DNA of 64,000 nucleotides from a virus, in the UHGV virus genome UHGV-0060833. One strand, written 5' to 3'. The position numbers and the translations under genes are program-made. The notes under the pieces were generated by a model. The model saw only the letters and a program-made list of their open reading frames with translations. It ran no database searches and was not told the origin of the DNA. Shown piece by piece: positions 55,492 to 64,000 of the stretch. The stretch's first letter is position 1. Each line of letters starts with the position of its first letter.

Positions 55492-55671
55492 ATGGCACGC
55501 AAATACAACAAATTGTCCCGTGAAGCGTTAAAGATGCTTCTTGATGGCGTGAGTCGCCGCAAGGTAAAGCAATACCTGGTTGGTAAGCAAATTGGTGCCA
55601 GGACCGCTATTGCTGTGTTATGCCGTCAGGAAATGGTTGTGCTTAAACAGAGAATGCCGGGCAGCAGATAA
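55492..55671 (+). CDS. Small basic protein after doc
   Basis: 59 aa from ATG 55492; Lys/Arg-rich. Confidence 0.35.
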   Translation: MARKYNKLSREALKMLLDGVSRRKVKQYLVGKQIGARTAIAVLCRQEMVVLKQRMPGSR

Positions 55672-55698
55672 AGCCCAATCAGTGATGAAAGGTGTGAT

Positions 55699-56742
55699 GT
55701 GAAAGCCGTAATTACTCCCTTTGTACAAAAAGAGCTTGGCGTCGCCACATTCAAAGTGGATCAGGAAGTCAGAAAGCTGGTGGAGGCTGGCCGTAAATTT
55801 ATTATGGAGCCGGTGCCGCGTGAGTTAATCGAGCACATGGACGACGGCCTCGTTGTTTCCGAGCAAACTATGGCAACAAATGAGGCGTTGCAGCCGTTTT
55901 TTAACAGCGATGAACTGTTTCGCCGTATTGGTGGAATTGACGCGCTGGTGGCGTGGTTGCGCAGGAAAGAGGGGCAATGCCAGGCCGCAGATCGTAGCTG
56001 GTGTGACAACCATATTGTCCACGCAGAACGAGACAATAGCGCGGTGTTGTTGTGCTGGCATCACGATAACCATTACCGGATGCGTGGTTTTAATGAGCTG
56101 AAAGTAACGCTGCATAATAATCGCGTTAACTGGATACTGGATGTCGCCCGTCAGGAAATGGGGCTTTCAGATGGCCATGATTTAAGTATTCAGGAACTGT
56201 GCTGGTGGGCTTTCATGCGCAACATGATGCACCTGATGCCGGAAGAAGTTTGCCGTATATCAATAAATAAGATGAAAGCCGCAACGCAGGATAGCGGGCC
56301 TCTGAAAGAGGCGGATATTCGCCCGTATGACGATCGCGCTACAGCATATGTTCAGATGATGGAAGAACGCGCCGCGCCGATGCGAGCAAAAGTATGCCCT
56401 GTGGATGTTGACTCCGACCCTGGCATGGCGCATTTCAAAATACCAAAACTGCAATCGCTAAAATTACCTGAGTACATGGACTTTGTTGCTTCCCGTCCAT
56501 GCTGTGGGTGTGGAGCTGCGGGAGCTGGCGCTCACATTACGCCTTATATCGTTCGTCATAGTCGATTATGCGCGCATGACATTTATGCGATTCCTCTGTG
56601 TCAGTCATGCCAGCGTGATATTGAGCGTGACCGCGATAATTGGGAGAAAACACACGGCAGGCTGGCGATGCATCAACGATTGTTCTTTGATTACGCGCTT
56701 GGAGTCGGCGCTATCACAAGTCATTCGTCGAGCGTTAGATAA
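55699..56742 (+). CDS. Cys-rich hypothetical protein
   Basis: 347 aa; GTG start; CCGCGAAGAG...CQSCQRD clusters. Confidence 0.45.
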   Translation: MKAVITPFVQKELGVATFKVDQEVRKLVEAGRKFIMEPVPRELIEHMDDGLVVSEQTMATNEALQPFFNSDELFRRIGGIDALVAWLRRKEGQCQAADRSWCDNHIVHAERDNSAVLLCWHHDNHYRMRGFNELKVTLHNNRVNWILDVARQEMGLSDGHDLSIQELCWWAFMRNMMHLMPEEVCRISINKMKAATQDSGPLKEADIRPYDDRATAYVQMMEERAAPMRAKVCPVDVDSDPGMAHFKIPKLQSLKLPEYMDFVASRPCCGCGAAGAGAHITPYIVRHSRLCAHDIYAIPLCQSCQRDIERDRDNWEKTHGRLAMHQRLFFDYALGVGAITSHSSSVR

Positions 56743-56743
56743 A

Positions 56744-56760
56744 ATTGCTCTAATGTGTTG
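56744..56760 (+). promoter_or_regulatory. Partial C1 operator-like site upstream of the lpa-like gene
   Basis: attgctctaatgtgttg: first 11 nt match the operator core. Confidence 0.35.
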
Positions 56761-56830
56761 CTATTTCTTTAATCGAGGGTATTATATTCCACGTTGATTA
56801 GTTGACATGGGCTAATCAGTAGGTGACAGG

Positions 56831-57283
56831 ATGTTACTTAACTGGCAGGGACGCCACTTCATGGAAATAAACCACTCACGAATAACATCGTATGAGATTG
56901 CGGATTACATGATCCGCACTAAATCTCTTCTATCAGCGAAAGAACTCGCAGCAATTCTTGAAAAGGAATACCCGCATCTGGATGTCGATAAGCGCGATGT
57001 TTATCTGCGCTTAAAGGCTATCGCTGTGTCTAAGTATTCGTCTGTTTTGATTGATGACAGTACACGCCCACGTAGATTTCAGATCCACTCTCTGAATCCT
57101 GAATTCTTTCGCCGCAGCCGCGCTCCGCGCCGGTTTGATGAAAAACTCCAGAATGAACTCTATATGACGCAGGACGAAAAGGAACGCCGGGAGCACCAGC
57201 CTTGGGTAATGGCGCGTCAACTTTTCAATAAGGTGGCCCGTCAGCACCGTCATTACGGTAATGCCACATCCGCACGTATCTGA
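56831..57283 (+). CDS. lpa: Late-promoter-activator-like protein (by position; start may be ATG 56861)
   Basis: 150-aa ORF immediately upstream of pacA. Confidence 0.45.
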   Translation: MLLNWQGRHFMEINHSRITSYEIADYMIRTKSLLSAKELAAILEKEYPHLDVDKRDVYLRLKAIAVSKYSSVLIDDSTRPRRFQIHSLNPEFFRRSRAPRRFDEKLQNELYMTQDEKERREHQPWVMARQLFNKVARQHRHYGNATSARI

Positions 57284-57368
57284 TTGATTGCTTGCCCGTT
57301 CCGGGCCTTTTGACATGTGACTTTCGTTACCCTCGCGTCAAAAAGAGTTTTTACGAAAGGAAGCATAA

Positions 57369-58562
57369 GTGACCTGGGACGATCACAAGAAGAATTTTGC
57401 TCGCCTGGCGCGAGATGGTGGTTACACCATCGCACAGTATGCCGCCGAGTTTAATCTTAACCCTAATACCGCACGTCGTTATCTCCGTGCCTTCAAAGAA
57501 GACACCAGGACTGCGGACAGCCGCAAGCCAAATAAGCCAGTCAGGAAGCCACTAAAAAGCATGATCATTGATCACTCTAATGATCAACATGCAGGTGATC
57601 ATATTGCGGCTGAAATAGCGGAAAAACAAAGAGTTAATGCTGTTGTCAGTGCCGCAGTCGAGAACGCTAAGCGCCAAAATAAGCGCATAAATGATCGTTC
57701 AGATGATCATGACGTGATCACCCGTGCCCACCGGACCTTACGTGATCGCCTGGAACGCGACACCCTGGATGATGATGGTGAACGCTTTGAATTCGAAGCT
57801 GGCGATTACCTGATAGATAACGTTGAAGCGCGGAAGGCCGCGCGCGCTATGTTGCGTCGTTCCGGAGCTGATGTTCTGGAAACCACTCTTCTGGAAAAGT
57901 CTCTTTCTCATCTCCTTATGCTGGAGAACGCCCGGGATACGTGTATTCGCCTGGTGCAGGAAATGCGCGATCAGCAAAAAGACGATGATGAAGGTACTCC
58001 GCCTGAATACCGTATCGCGAGCATGCTAAACAGCTGTTCCGCGCAGATAAGCAGCCTGATCAACACCATTTACAGCATCCGGAATAACTATCGAAAAGAA
58101 AGCCGGGAGGCGGAAAAGCACGCTTTGTCTATGGGGCAAGCTGGCATTGTTAAGCTGGCATACGAACGAAAGCGTGAAAATAACTGGTCAGTGCTGGAAG
58201 CGGCTGAATTCATCGAGGCGCATGGAGGGAAAGTGCCGCCCCTGATGCTGGAGCAAATCAAAGCCGATCTGCGTGCTCCTAAGACAAATGCCGATGATGA
58301 GGAAAGGCAAACTGCCGTCGGTGGCCCTTCTCTTGAAGATCTGGACAAAGTTGCGCGAGAACGGGCCGCCAGCCGCCGCGCTGATGCCGCATTGTGGATT
58401 GAGCATCGTAGAGAAGAAATTGCCGATATCGTCGATACAGGTGGTTATGGTGATGTCGATGCGGAAGGCATATCAAACGAAGCATGGCTTGAACAGGAGC
58501 TGGACGAAGACGAGGAGGAAGACGAAGAAGTTACCCGCAAACTGTACGGGGATGATGATTAA
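57369..58562 (+). CDS. pacA: Terminase small subunit PacA (contains pac)
   Basis: 397 aa, GTG start; acidic C-terminus; pac-type GATC hexamer cluster inside the gene. Confidence 0.85.
57563..57721. other. pac packaging site
   Basis: Seven TGATC(A/G) hexamers: four at 57563-57602 and three at 57693-57721, flanking a ~90-bp core. Confidence 0.8.
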
Positions 58563-60046
58563 TGGCCAGAAGTTGCGTAACGGACCCACGTTGGCGCGAG
58601 CTGGTGGCGCTATATCGTTATGACTGGATTGCGGCCGCTGATGTGTTGTTTGGGAAGACACCAACCTGGCAGCAGGATGAGATCATTGAGTCCACGCAGC
58701 AGGACGGCAGTTGGACAAGTGTGACCTCCGGCCATGGTACTGGTAAATCGGATATGACGAGTATCATTGCAATACTCTTCATCATGTTTTTCCCCGGCGC
58801 TCGCGTCATTCTGGTCGCTAACAAAAGACAGCAAGTCCTTGATGGTATTTTCAAATACATAAAGAGCAATTGGGCTACTGCTGTTAGCAGATTCCCGTGG
58901 TTGTCGAAGTATTTCATTCTTACAGAAACGTCTTTTTTTGAGGTGACTGGCAAGGGTGTTTGGACAATATTGATAAAGTCCTGTCGCCCCGGAAATGAGG
59001 AGGCGTTGGCTGGTGAACACGCCGATCATCTCTTGTATATCATCGACGAAGCGTCGGGTGTGAGTGATAAAGCATTCAGTGTGATAACAGGTGCGCTGAC
59101 CGGTAAGGATAACCGTATTCTGCTTCTTTCCCAGCCTACGCGACCTTCAGGCTATTTCTACGATTCACACCACAGACTAGCTATTCGCCCGGGAAATCCT
59201 GATGGATTGTTTACTGCGATAATACTGAATAGTGAAGAATCTCCGCTTGTAGATGCAAAATTTATACGAGCAAAACTTGCGGAGTATGGCGGTCGTGATA
59301 ACCCCATGTACATGATCAAAGTACGTGGTGAATTTCCCAAATCTCAAGATGGCTTTCTTCTTGGTCGTGATGAGGTTGAGCGGGCGACGCGGCGAAAGGT
59401 CAAGATTGCCAAAGGATGGGGCTGGGTTGCATGTGTTGACGTTGCTGGTGGCACAGGACGAGATAAGTCCGTTATTAATATCATGATGGTGTCCGGCCAG
59501 CGAAATAAACGCCGTGTAATCAACTATCGTATGCTGGAATACACAGACGTTACAGAAACGCAGTTAGCCGCCAAGATTTTCGCAGAATGTAACCCAGAAC
59601 GGTTCCCGAACATAACCATAGCTATTGATGGCGATGGCTTGGGGAAATCGACGGCTGATCTAATGTACGAACGCTATGGCATTACCGTCCAGCGTATCCG
59701 CTGGGGTAAAAAGATGCACAGCCGTGAAGATAAAAGCCTTTATTTCGATATGCGCGCTTTCGCGAATATTCAGGCGGCAGAAGCTGTAAAATCAGGGCGT
59801 ATGCGGCTTGATAAGGGGGCTGCGACTATAGAGGAAGCATCAAAGATACCGGTAGGGATAAATTCCGCAGGTCAATGGAAGGTGATGTCAAAGGAAGATA
59901 TGAAGAAAAAACTCAACCTGCACTCACCGGACCATTGGGATACATATTGTTTCGCTATGTTGGCGAACTATGTTCCCCAAGATGAAGTGCTTAGCGTCGA
60001 AGACGAAGCGCAGGTTGATGAAGCTCTGGCATGGCTTAATGAATAA
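58562..60046 (+). CDS. pacB: Terminase large subunit PacB
   Basis: 494 aa; Walker A GHGTGKS; start overlaps the pacA stop. Confidence 0.9.
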
Positions 60047-60071
60047 CAATTTGACCATGCCGGATGGAAAA

Positions 60072-60923
60072 CTATTGCGCGCTTTCGGGGTTGCTGTTTA
60101 CTGGCTGCCCCTTCTTAGTTTTACGGCTGCGCGTAACTGATGCGGCTGATTTGACCTTTTTCTCTTCGCGAGTGATGGCAATTTGTTTTTTTACATTTTC
60201 AATATCTGCCAGGCGATATATTTTTGCCTGCGGCCAGCGGTCGCAGATGATCGGTTCTATAGAGTCATAAAGGCTAAATTTTGCTTTCTCGAATTCACCG
60301 TTGATGATGATTCCATCACGGAGAGTTTCATCGCAGATAAACACACCACACAGCGGCACATGGTAACTAACTGATTTACCATCATTGTAGTTAGGGCTAC
60401 TGGAAATGTAATGGACGCGCAACATTGTTTCGCTAAAGCCGTGTACACGCATACGGAATTTTTCATCCTCCGGGTACTGCTTCATTAGCTCTTTTGTTGC
60501 TTCCAGGTTCTCTATGTATTTCGCACTGTGCTCATTGATCCCCGCGCTTTTCTGGATGCGAATGTCCTTATCAATCAGATGAATAATGCGGCCAGCGGTC
60601 ATGTTGACGCTGTTCACAGCTTCTGTCTGATAAGTAGTAACCTTACGCACACCGCGAAGGATGTTAGGCACTGGATATAAAATAGTCTTTGGGATATTGA
60701 GGTCTGGGTACTGTTCCAGTTCCCGCGCCATTAAAGTCCATTTATCAATTTCAGCCTGAATGCTGTCCGTTTCTTTGAACGGCAGAACGACAACCGGGCG
60801 AACAGGACGACCGTCGCTGGCGGCATCAACGTGTTGGGCGCGTGCAACAGCTTTTTTTAGAAAGAGATCCCTGAAGCTGACGAACTCCTGGTACAGTTGT
60901 TCGCCGTAGACATAATTTATCAT
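60072..60923 (-). CDS. c1: C1 repressor of lytic functions
   Basis: 283 aa, MINYVYGEQLYQEFVSFRDLFLKK...; matching operator sites throughout the window. Confidence 0.9.
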   Translation of the reverse strand: MINYVYGEQLYQEFVSFRDLFLKKAVARAQHVDAASDGRPVRPVVVLPFKETDSIQAEIDKWTLMARELEQYPDLNIPKTILYPVPNILRGVRKVTTYQTEAVNSVNMTAGRIIHLIDKDIRIQKSAGINEHSAKYIENLEATKELMKQYPEDEKFRMRVHGFSETMLRVHYISSSPNYNDGKSVSYHVPLCGVFICDETLRDGIIINGEFEKAKFSLYDSIEPIICDRWPQAKIYRLADIENVKKQIAITREEKKVKSAASVTRSRKTKKGQPVNSNPESAQ

Positions 60924-61033
60924 TGATCCTCCTCCAGAATTGACATGGCCAACAACTCACAGCGGATTACACTGGGAGTTGTTGACCACCATTATAGAAG
61001 GATCCAACGAAAATAATAGATTTATTAGTGCAT

Positions 61034-61243
61034 TTATTGTGAGTCTGGCTGGTTAGTGGCCATGAGATATTCGATTGTGTCAGTGAGATCATCCAGGTCG
61101 TCTTGGGTGATGCGGTACTCCTGATTGGATATCTTTGAGTAGTGTTCAGCAATGGCGCGGGCAGCGTCGGTTTCGGCGGGGTCTACAGATAAAGCGTTAG
61201 AGCAATGTCTAACGTCGTCGATGGTTGGTGGAATGAAAGCCAT
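61034..61243 (-). CDS. coi: Coi (C1 inactivator)
   Basis: 69-aa acidic ORF immediately upstream of c1. Confidence 0.75.
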   Translation of the reverse strand: MAFIPPTIDDVRHCSNALSVDPAETDAARAIAEHYSKISNQEYRITQDDLDDLTDTIEYLMATNQPDSQ

Positions 61244-61481
61244 AATTATGCCTCACTGTATTGACAACACAGAGCCTGAAGCTCTGACCTACTGTTTCAC
61301 CCATGATCCATGCTGGGGTAATCTAACAACATTGCGCTGTGTGTAAGATGAGCAATGCATAGCTGTAATGCCGTTGTATAAGGTTTCCCTGTTTGCTCAT
61401 TTCCTTCTGAGCCGCTCTACAACGCTGAAGACACATTAAATAGTGAATCCAAAGTCGTATTACGAAACGGCGGCAAAACTA

Positions 61482-61498
61482 TAATTTATTAGAGCAAT
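61482..61498 (-). promoter_or_regulatory. C1 operator-like site (Op99-type) upstream of coi-c1
   Basis: taatttattagagcaat is the reverse complement of the operator consensus, 16/17. Confidence 0.6.
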
Positions 61499-61564
61499 TG
61501 TCAAACAACTATGAAAAACAATCCAGTTTTTGGCTGGTGGAGTGGGATTTTTCTCTCAAAATTT

Positions 61565-61581
61565 ATTGCTCTAATAATTCT
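61565..61581 (+). promoter_or_regulatory. C1 operator-like site (Op99-type)
   Basis: attgctctaataattct, 14/17 match. Confidence 0.55.
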
Positions 61582-61624
61582 TGATTTTTATGCGCAGCTG
61601 GACGTAAACTCCTCTTCAGACCTA

Positions 61625-61658
61625 ATAACTTCGTATAGCATACATTATACGAAGTTAT
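61625..61658. other. loxP: loxP recombination site
   Basis: Exact ATAACTTCGTATA-GCATACAT-TATACGAAGTTAT. Confidence 0.97.
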
Positions 61659-61846
61659 CTTAAGGGTTATTGAACATGATCAATTTACCTGTAAATCCAT
61701 ACAGTTCAATACATTACAGGTCAAATAGTGATCACTTGATCATTTGATCAAGGTTGCGCTACGTAAAATCTGCGAAATGTTGGCAGTGTTAGTGCTCCAG
61801 ATTTCGCGTAGCGCACTTAGCACCACCAATCAATCAGAGGTGAAAA

Positions 61847-62068
61847 ATGGGATATTCAGCTGCTAAAGTGTCCACTCATATTGAGCTTGAGAAAAACCGT
61901 GGTTACTGGCGGGCAAAAGGGTTTGATCGTGATAGTTGTCAACTGTCATTATCGCGCGGTGAAGAGAAAATAGAACGCACGCGCGGTCGCTGGCGTTTCT
62001 ATGACGAGAACCATAAACAGGTAAAGGCAGAGCCGATCCTGTACACTTTACTTAAAACCATTATCTGA
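61847..62068 (+). CDS. cra: Small protein upstream of cre (cra-like)
   Basis: 73-aa ORF ending 8 nt before the cre start. Confidence 0.55.
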   Translation: MGYSAAKVSTHIELEKNRGYWRAKGFDRDSCQLSLSRGEEKIERTRGRWRFYDENHKQVKAEPILYTLLKTII

Positions 62069-62075
62069 GTGTTAA

Positions 62076-63107
62076 ATGTCCAATTTACTGACCGTACACC
62101 AAAATTTGCCTGCATTACCGGTCGATGCAACGAGTGATGAGGTTCGCAAGAACCTGATGGACATGTTCAGGGATCGCCAGGCGTTTTCTGAGCATACCTG
62201 GAAAATGCTTCTGTCCGTTTGCCGGTCGTGGGCGGCATGGTGCAAGTTGAATAACCGGAAATGGTTTCCCGCAGAACCTGAAGATGTTCGCGATTATCTT
62301 CTATATCTTCAGGCGCGCGGTCTGGCAGTAAAAACTATCCAGCAACATTTGGGCCAGCTAAACATGCTTCATCGTCGGTCCGGGCTGCCACGACCAAGTG
62401 ACAGCAATGCTGTTTCACTGGTCATGCGGCGGATCCGAAAAGAAAACGTTGATGCCGGTGAACGTGCAAAACAGGCACTGGCGTTCGAACGCACTGATTT
62501 CGACCAGGTTCGTTCACTCATAGAAAATAGCGATCGCTGCCAGGATATACGTAATCTGGCATTTCTGGGGATTGCTTATAACACCCTGTTACGTATAGCC
62601 GAAATTGCCAGGATCAGGGTCAAAGATATCTCACGTACTGACGGTGGGAGAATGTTAATCCATATTGGCAGAACGAAAACGCTGGTTAGCACCGCAGGTG
62701 TAGAGAAGGCACTTAGCCTGGGGGTAACTAAACTGGTCGAGCGATGGATTTCTGTCTCTGGTGTAGCTGAGGATCCGAATAACTACCTGTTTTGCCGCGT
62801 CAGAAAAAATGGTGTTGCCTCGCCATCATCCACCAGCCAGCTATCAACTCGCGCCCTGGAAGGGATTTTTGAAGCAACTCACCGATTGATTTACGGAGCT
62901 AAGGATGACTCTGGCCAGAGGTACCTGGCCTGGTCTGGACACAGTGCCCGTGTCGGAGCCGCGCGAGATATGGCCCGCGCCGGAGTTTCAATACCGGAGA
63001 TCATGCAAGCTGGTGGCTGGACCAACGTAAATATTGTCATGAACTATATCCGTAACCTGGATAGTGAAACAGGGGCAATGGTGCGCCTGCTGGAAGATGG
63101 CGATTAG
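62076..63107 (+). CDS. cre: Cre site-specific tyrosine recombinase
   Basis: 343 aa, MSNLLTVHQNLPALPVDATSDEVRKNLMDMFRDRQAFSEHTWK..., recognised as Cre; loxP lies 420 bp upstream. Confidence 0.97.
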   Translation: MSNLLTVHQNLPALPVDATSDEVRKNLMDMFRDRQAFSEHTWKMLLSVCRSWAAWCKLNNRKWFPAEPEDVRDYLLYLQARGLAVKTIQQHLGQLNMLHRRSGLPRPSDSNAVSLVMRRIRKENVDAGERAKQALAFERTDFDQVRSLIENSDRCQDIRNLAFLGIAYNTLLRIAEIARIRVKDISRTDGGRMLIHIGRTKTLVSTAGVEKALSLGVTKLVERWISVSGVAEDPNNYLFCRVRKNGVASPSSTSQLSTRALEGIFEATHRLIYGAKDDSGQRYLAWSGHSARVGAARDMARAGVSIPEIMQAGGWTNVNIVMNYIRNLDSETGAMVRLLEDGD

Positions 63108-63125
63108 CCATTAACGCGTAAATGA

Positions 63126-63142
63126 TTGCTCTAATTCTTTGA
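63126..63142 (+). promoter_or_regulatory. Partial C1 operator-like site
   Basis: attgctctaattctttg, core 11/11 then diverges. Confidence 0.35.
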
Positions 63143-63157
63143 TATTTATGGCGACAT

Positions 63158-63469
63158 ATGAGAAAGAATTTCAACATCGACGGAAAATATGTAGTGCTGT
63201 CAGTGAGCACTAATATTCAGTCGCCAGCCGTCATTGTCACTGTAAAGCTGAGCGATAGAATGCCTGATATTGACTCAATATCCGTTGCGTTCCCTGTCAG
63301 AAGTATGCGTAGTGCTGAACATTTCGTGATGAATGCCACCGAGGAAGAAGCACGGCGCGGTTTTGCTAAAGTGATGTCTGAGTTTGGCGAATTTTTGGGG
63401 CACGTTGACAAAGCCCTCTCAATCAGTTCAGCAAGGTCCAAAGCATTAACAGCTTCCATGATGAAATAA
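63158..63469 (+). CDS. Hypothetical protein between cre and ref
   Basis: 103-aa ORF. Confidence 0.4.
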   Translation: MRKNFNIDGKYVVLSVSTNIQSPAVIVTVKLSDRMPDIDSISVAFPVRSMRSAEHFVMNATEEEARRGFAKVMSEFGEFLGHVDKALSISSARSKALTASMMK

Positions 63470-63600
63470 AAAAAGCCTGGCAAGGAGCCAGGCTGCACAA
63501 AAGAGCGGGTTTGTATTCCGCATCCAATCAATCAAGAAGGAGTATAGCACACAGGTACTGAAGTGAAAAAATGTGATTCGCGATAAACAAAATATCTACC

Positions 63601-63617
63601 ATTGCTCTAATTGATTG
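63601..63617 (+). promoter_or_regulatory. C1 operator-like site(s) upstream of ref
   Basis: attgctctaattgattg followed by an overlapping attgctataattg. Confidence 0.45.
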
Positions 63618-63715
63618 CTATAATTGAGCCGCAGTTTTTGTCAACTACGAAGACGTTGCCATTACTTAACTCCTTGACATCATTGGCGTCCATCAGGCCG
63701 CCTTTTTTTTGCCAT

Positions 63716-64000
63716 ATGAAAACAATCGAACAAAAAATTGAACAGCACCGTAAGTGGCAGAAGGCAGCCAGAGAACGAGCGATCGCTCGGCAACGGGAGA
63801 AGTTGGCTGATCCGGCCTGGCGAGAATCTCAATATCAGAAAATGCGGAATACTATCGACCGCCGTATCGCTAAACAGAAAGAGCGCCCACCAGCCAGCAA
63901 AACGTGGAAAAGCGCGGTAAAAATAAAATCTCGTGGCTTGAAGGGACGAACACCGACGGCGGAGGAGCGGCGCATAGCCAATGCTCTTGGCGCTCTCCCC
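63716..64000 (+). CDS. ref: Ref (recombination enhancement function, HNH-type), 5' part; runs off the window end
   Basis: MKTIEQKIEQHRKWQKAAREREIARQREKLADPAWRESQYQKMR..., recognised as P1 Ref N-terminus. Confidence 0.85.
   Translation, partial: MKTIEQKIEQHRKWQKAARERAIARQREKLADPAWRESQYQKMRNTIDRRIAKQKERPPASKTWKSAVKIKSRGLKGRTPTAEERRIANALGALP

Noticed and set aside
61625-63107. Cre/loxP as an integrated mobile element or integrase with att sites
   Set aside because: This is the plasmid-dimer resolution system of a P1-type phage. No direct repeats, second lox site or transposase indicate an insertion.
63469-63500. Hairpin gcctggc-aagga-gccaggc after the 103-aa ORF as an intrinsic terminator
   Set aside because: The A-run precedes the stem and no T-run follows on the plus strand, so it is not oriented to terminate the upstream plus-strand gene.

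Overview
The window reads as a roughly 64 kb stretch of a P1-like temperate phage / phage-plasmid, in the same order as my recollection of the phage P1 map. All calls are from reading the sequence and the supplied ORF track; no searches were run, and gene names assigned by position rest on memory of P1 and are unverified.

Layout, left to right:
- 1-12167 (minus strand): late operon from the tail fibre gene (runs off the window start) through the Sit transglycosylase, plus two envelope-protein genes.
- 12449-15879: immunity-I region (operator, c4-like antisense RNA, icd, ant1) and the lytic replicon kilA-repL.
- 16048-17679: AT-rich three-gene islet of unknown function.
- 17764-23104 (minus): head/tail structural genes.
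- 23110-27056: plasmid maintenance module: parS-like region, parB, parA, 9 incA iterons, repA, 5 incC iterons, and oriR with GATC sites and DnaA boxes.
- 27094-29207 (minus): small genes including an overlapping spanin-like pair.
- 29376-36804: uhr-hrdC-dmt, a structured non-coding region with three tRNAs, tciABC and ban.
- 37849-42600 (minus): baseplate/tail genes.
- 42747-48439: accessory block (zinc finger, VRR-NUC nuclease, two GxGPS paralogues, a Ser/Thr phosphatase, a coiled-coil protein, a HAD phosphatase).
- 48704-54709 (minus): a complete type I restriction-modification system, hsdM-hsdS-hsdR.
- 54886-64000: phd-doc, pacA with the pac site, pacB, c1, coi, loxP, cra, cre and the start of ref.

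At least eleven sites matching the C1 operator consensus (ATTGCTCTAATAAATTT) are scattered through the window.

I did not find one unambiguous novel system. The best candidates for undescribed biology are:
1. The AT-rich islet after repL (DUF3800-like gene, coupled partner, convergent small ORF).
2. An operator-controlled 29-codon hydrophobic peptide gene next to the restriction system.
3. The glycosyltransferase-like / phosphatase accessory cluster.
4. An operator-to-terminator non-coding unit and a family of related hairpins around the tRNAs.
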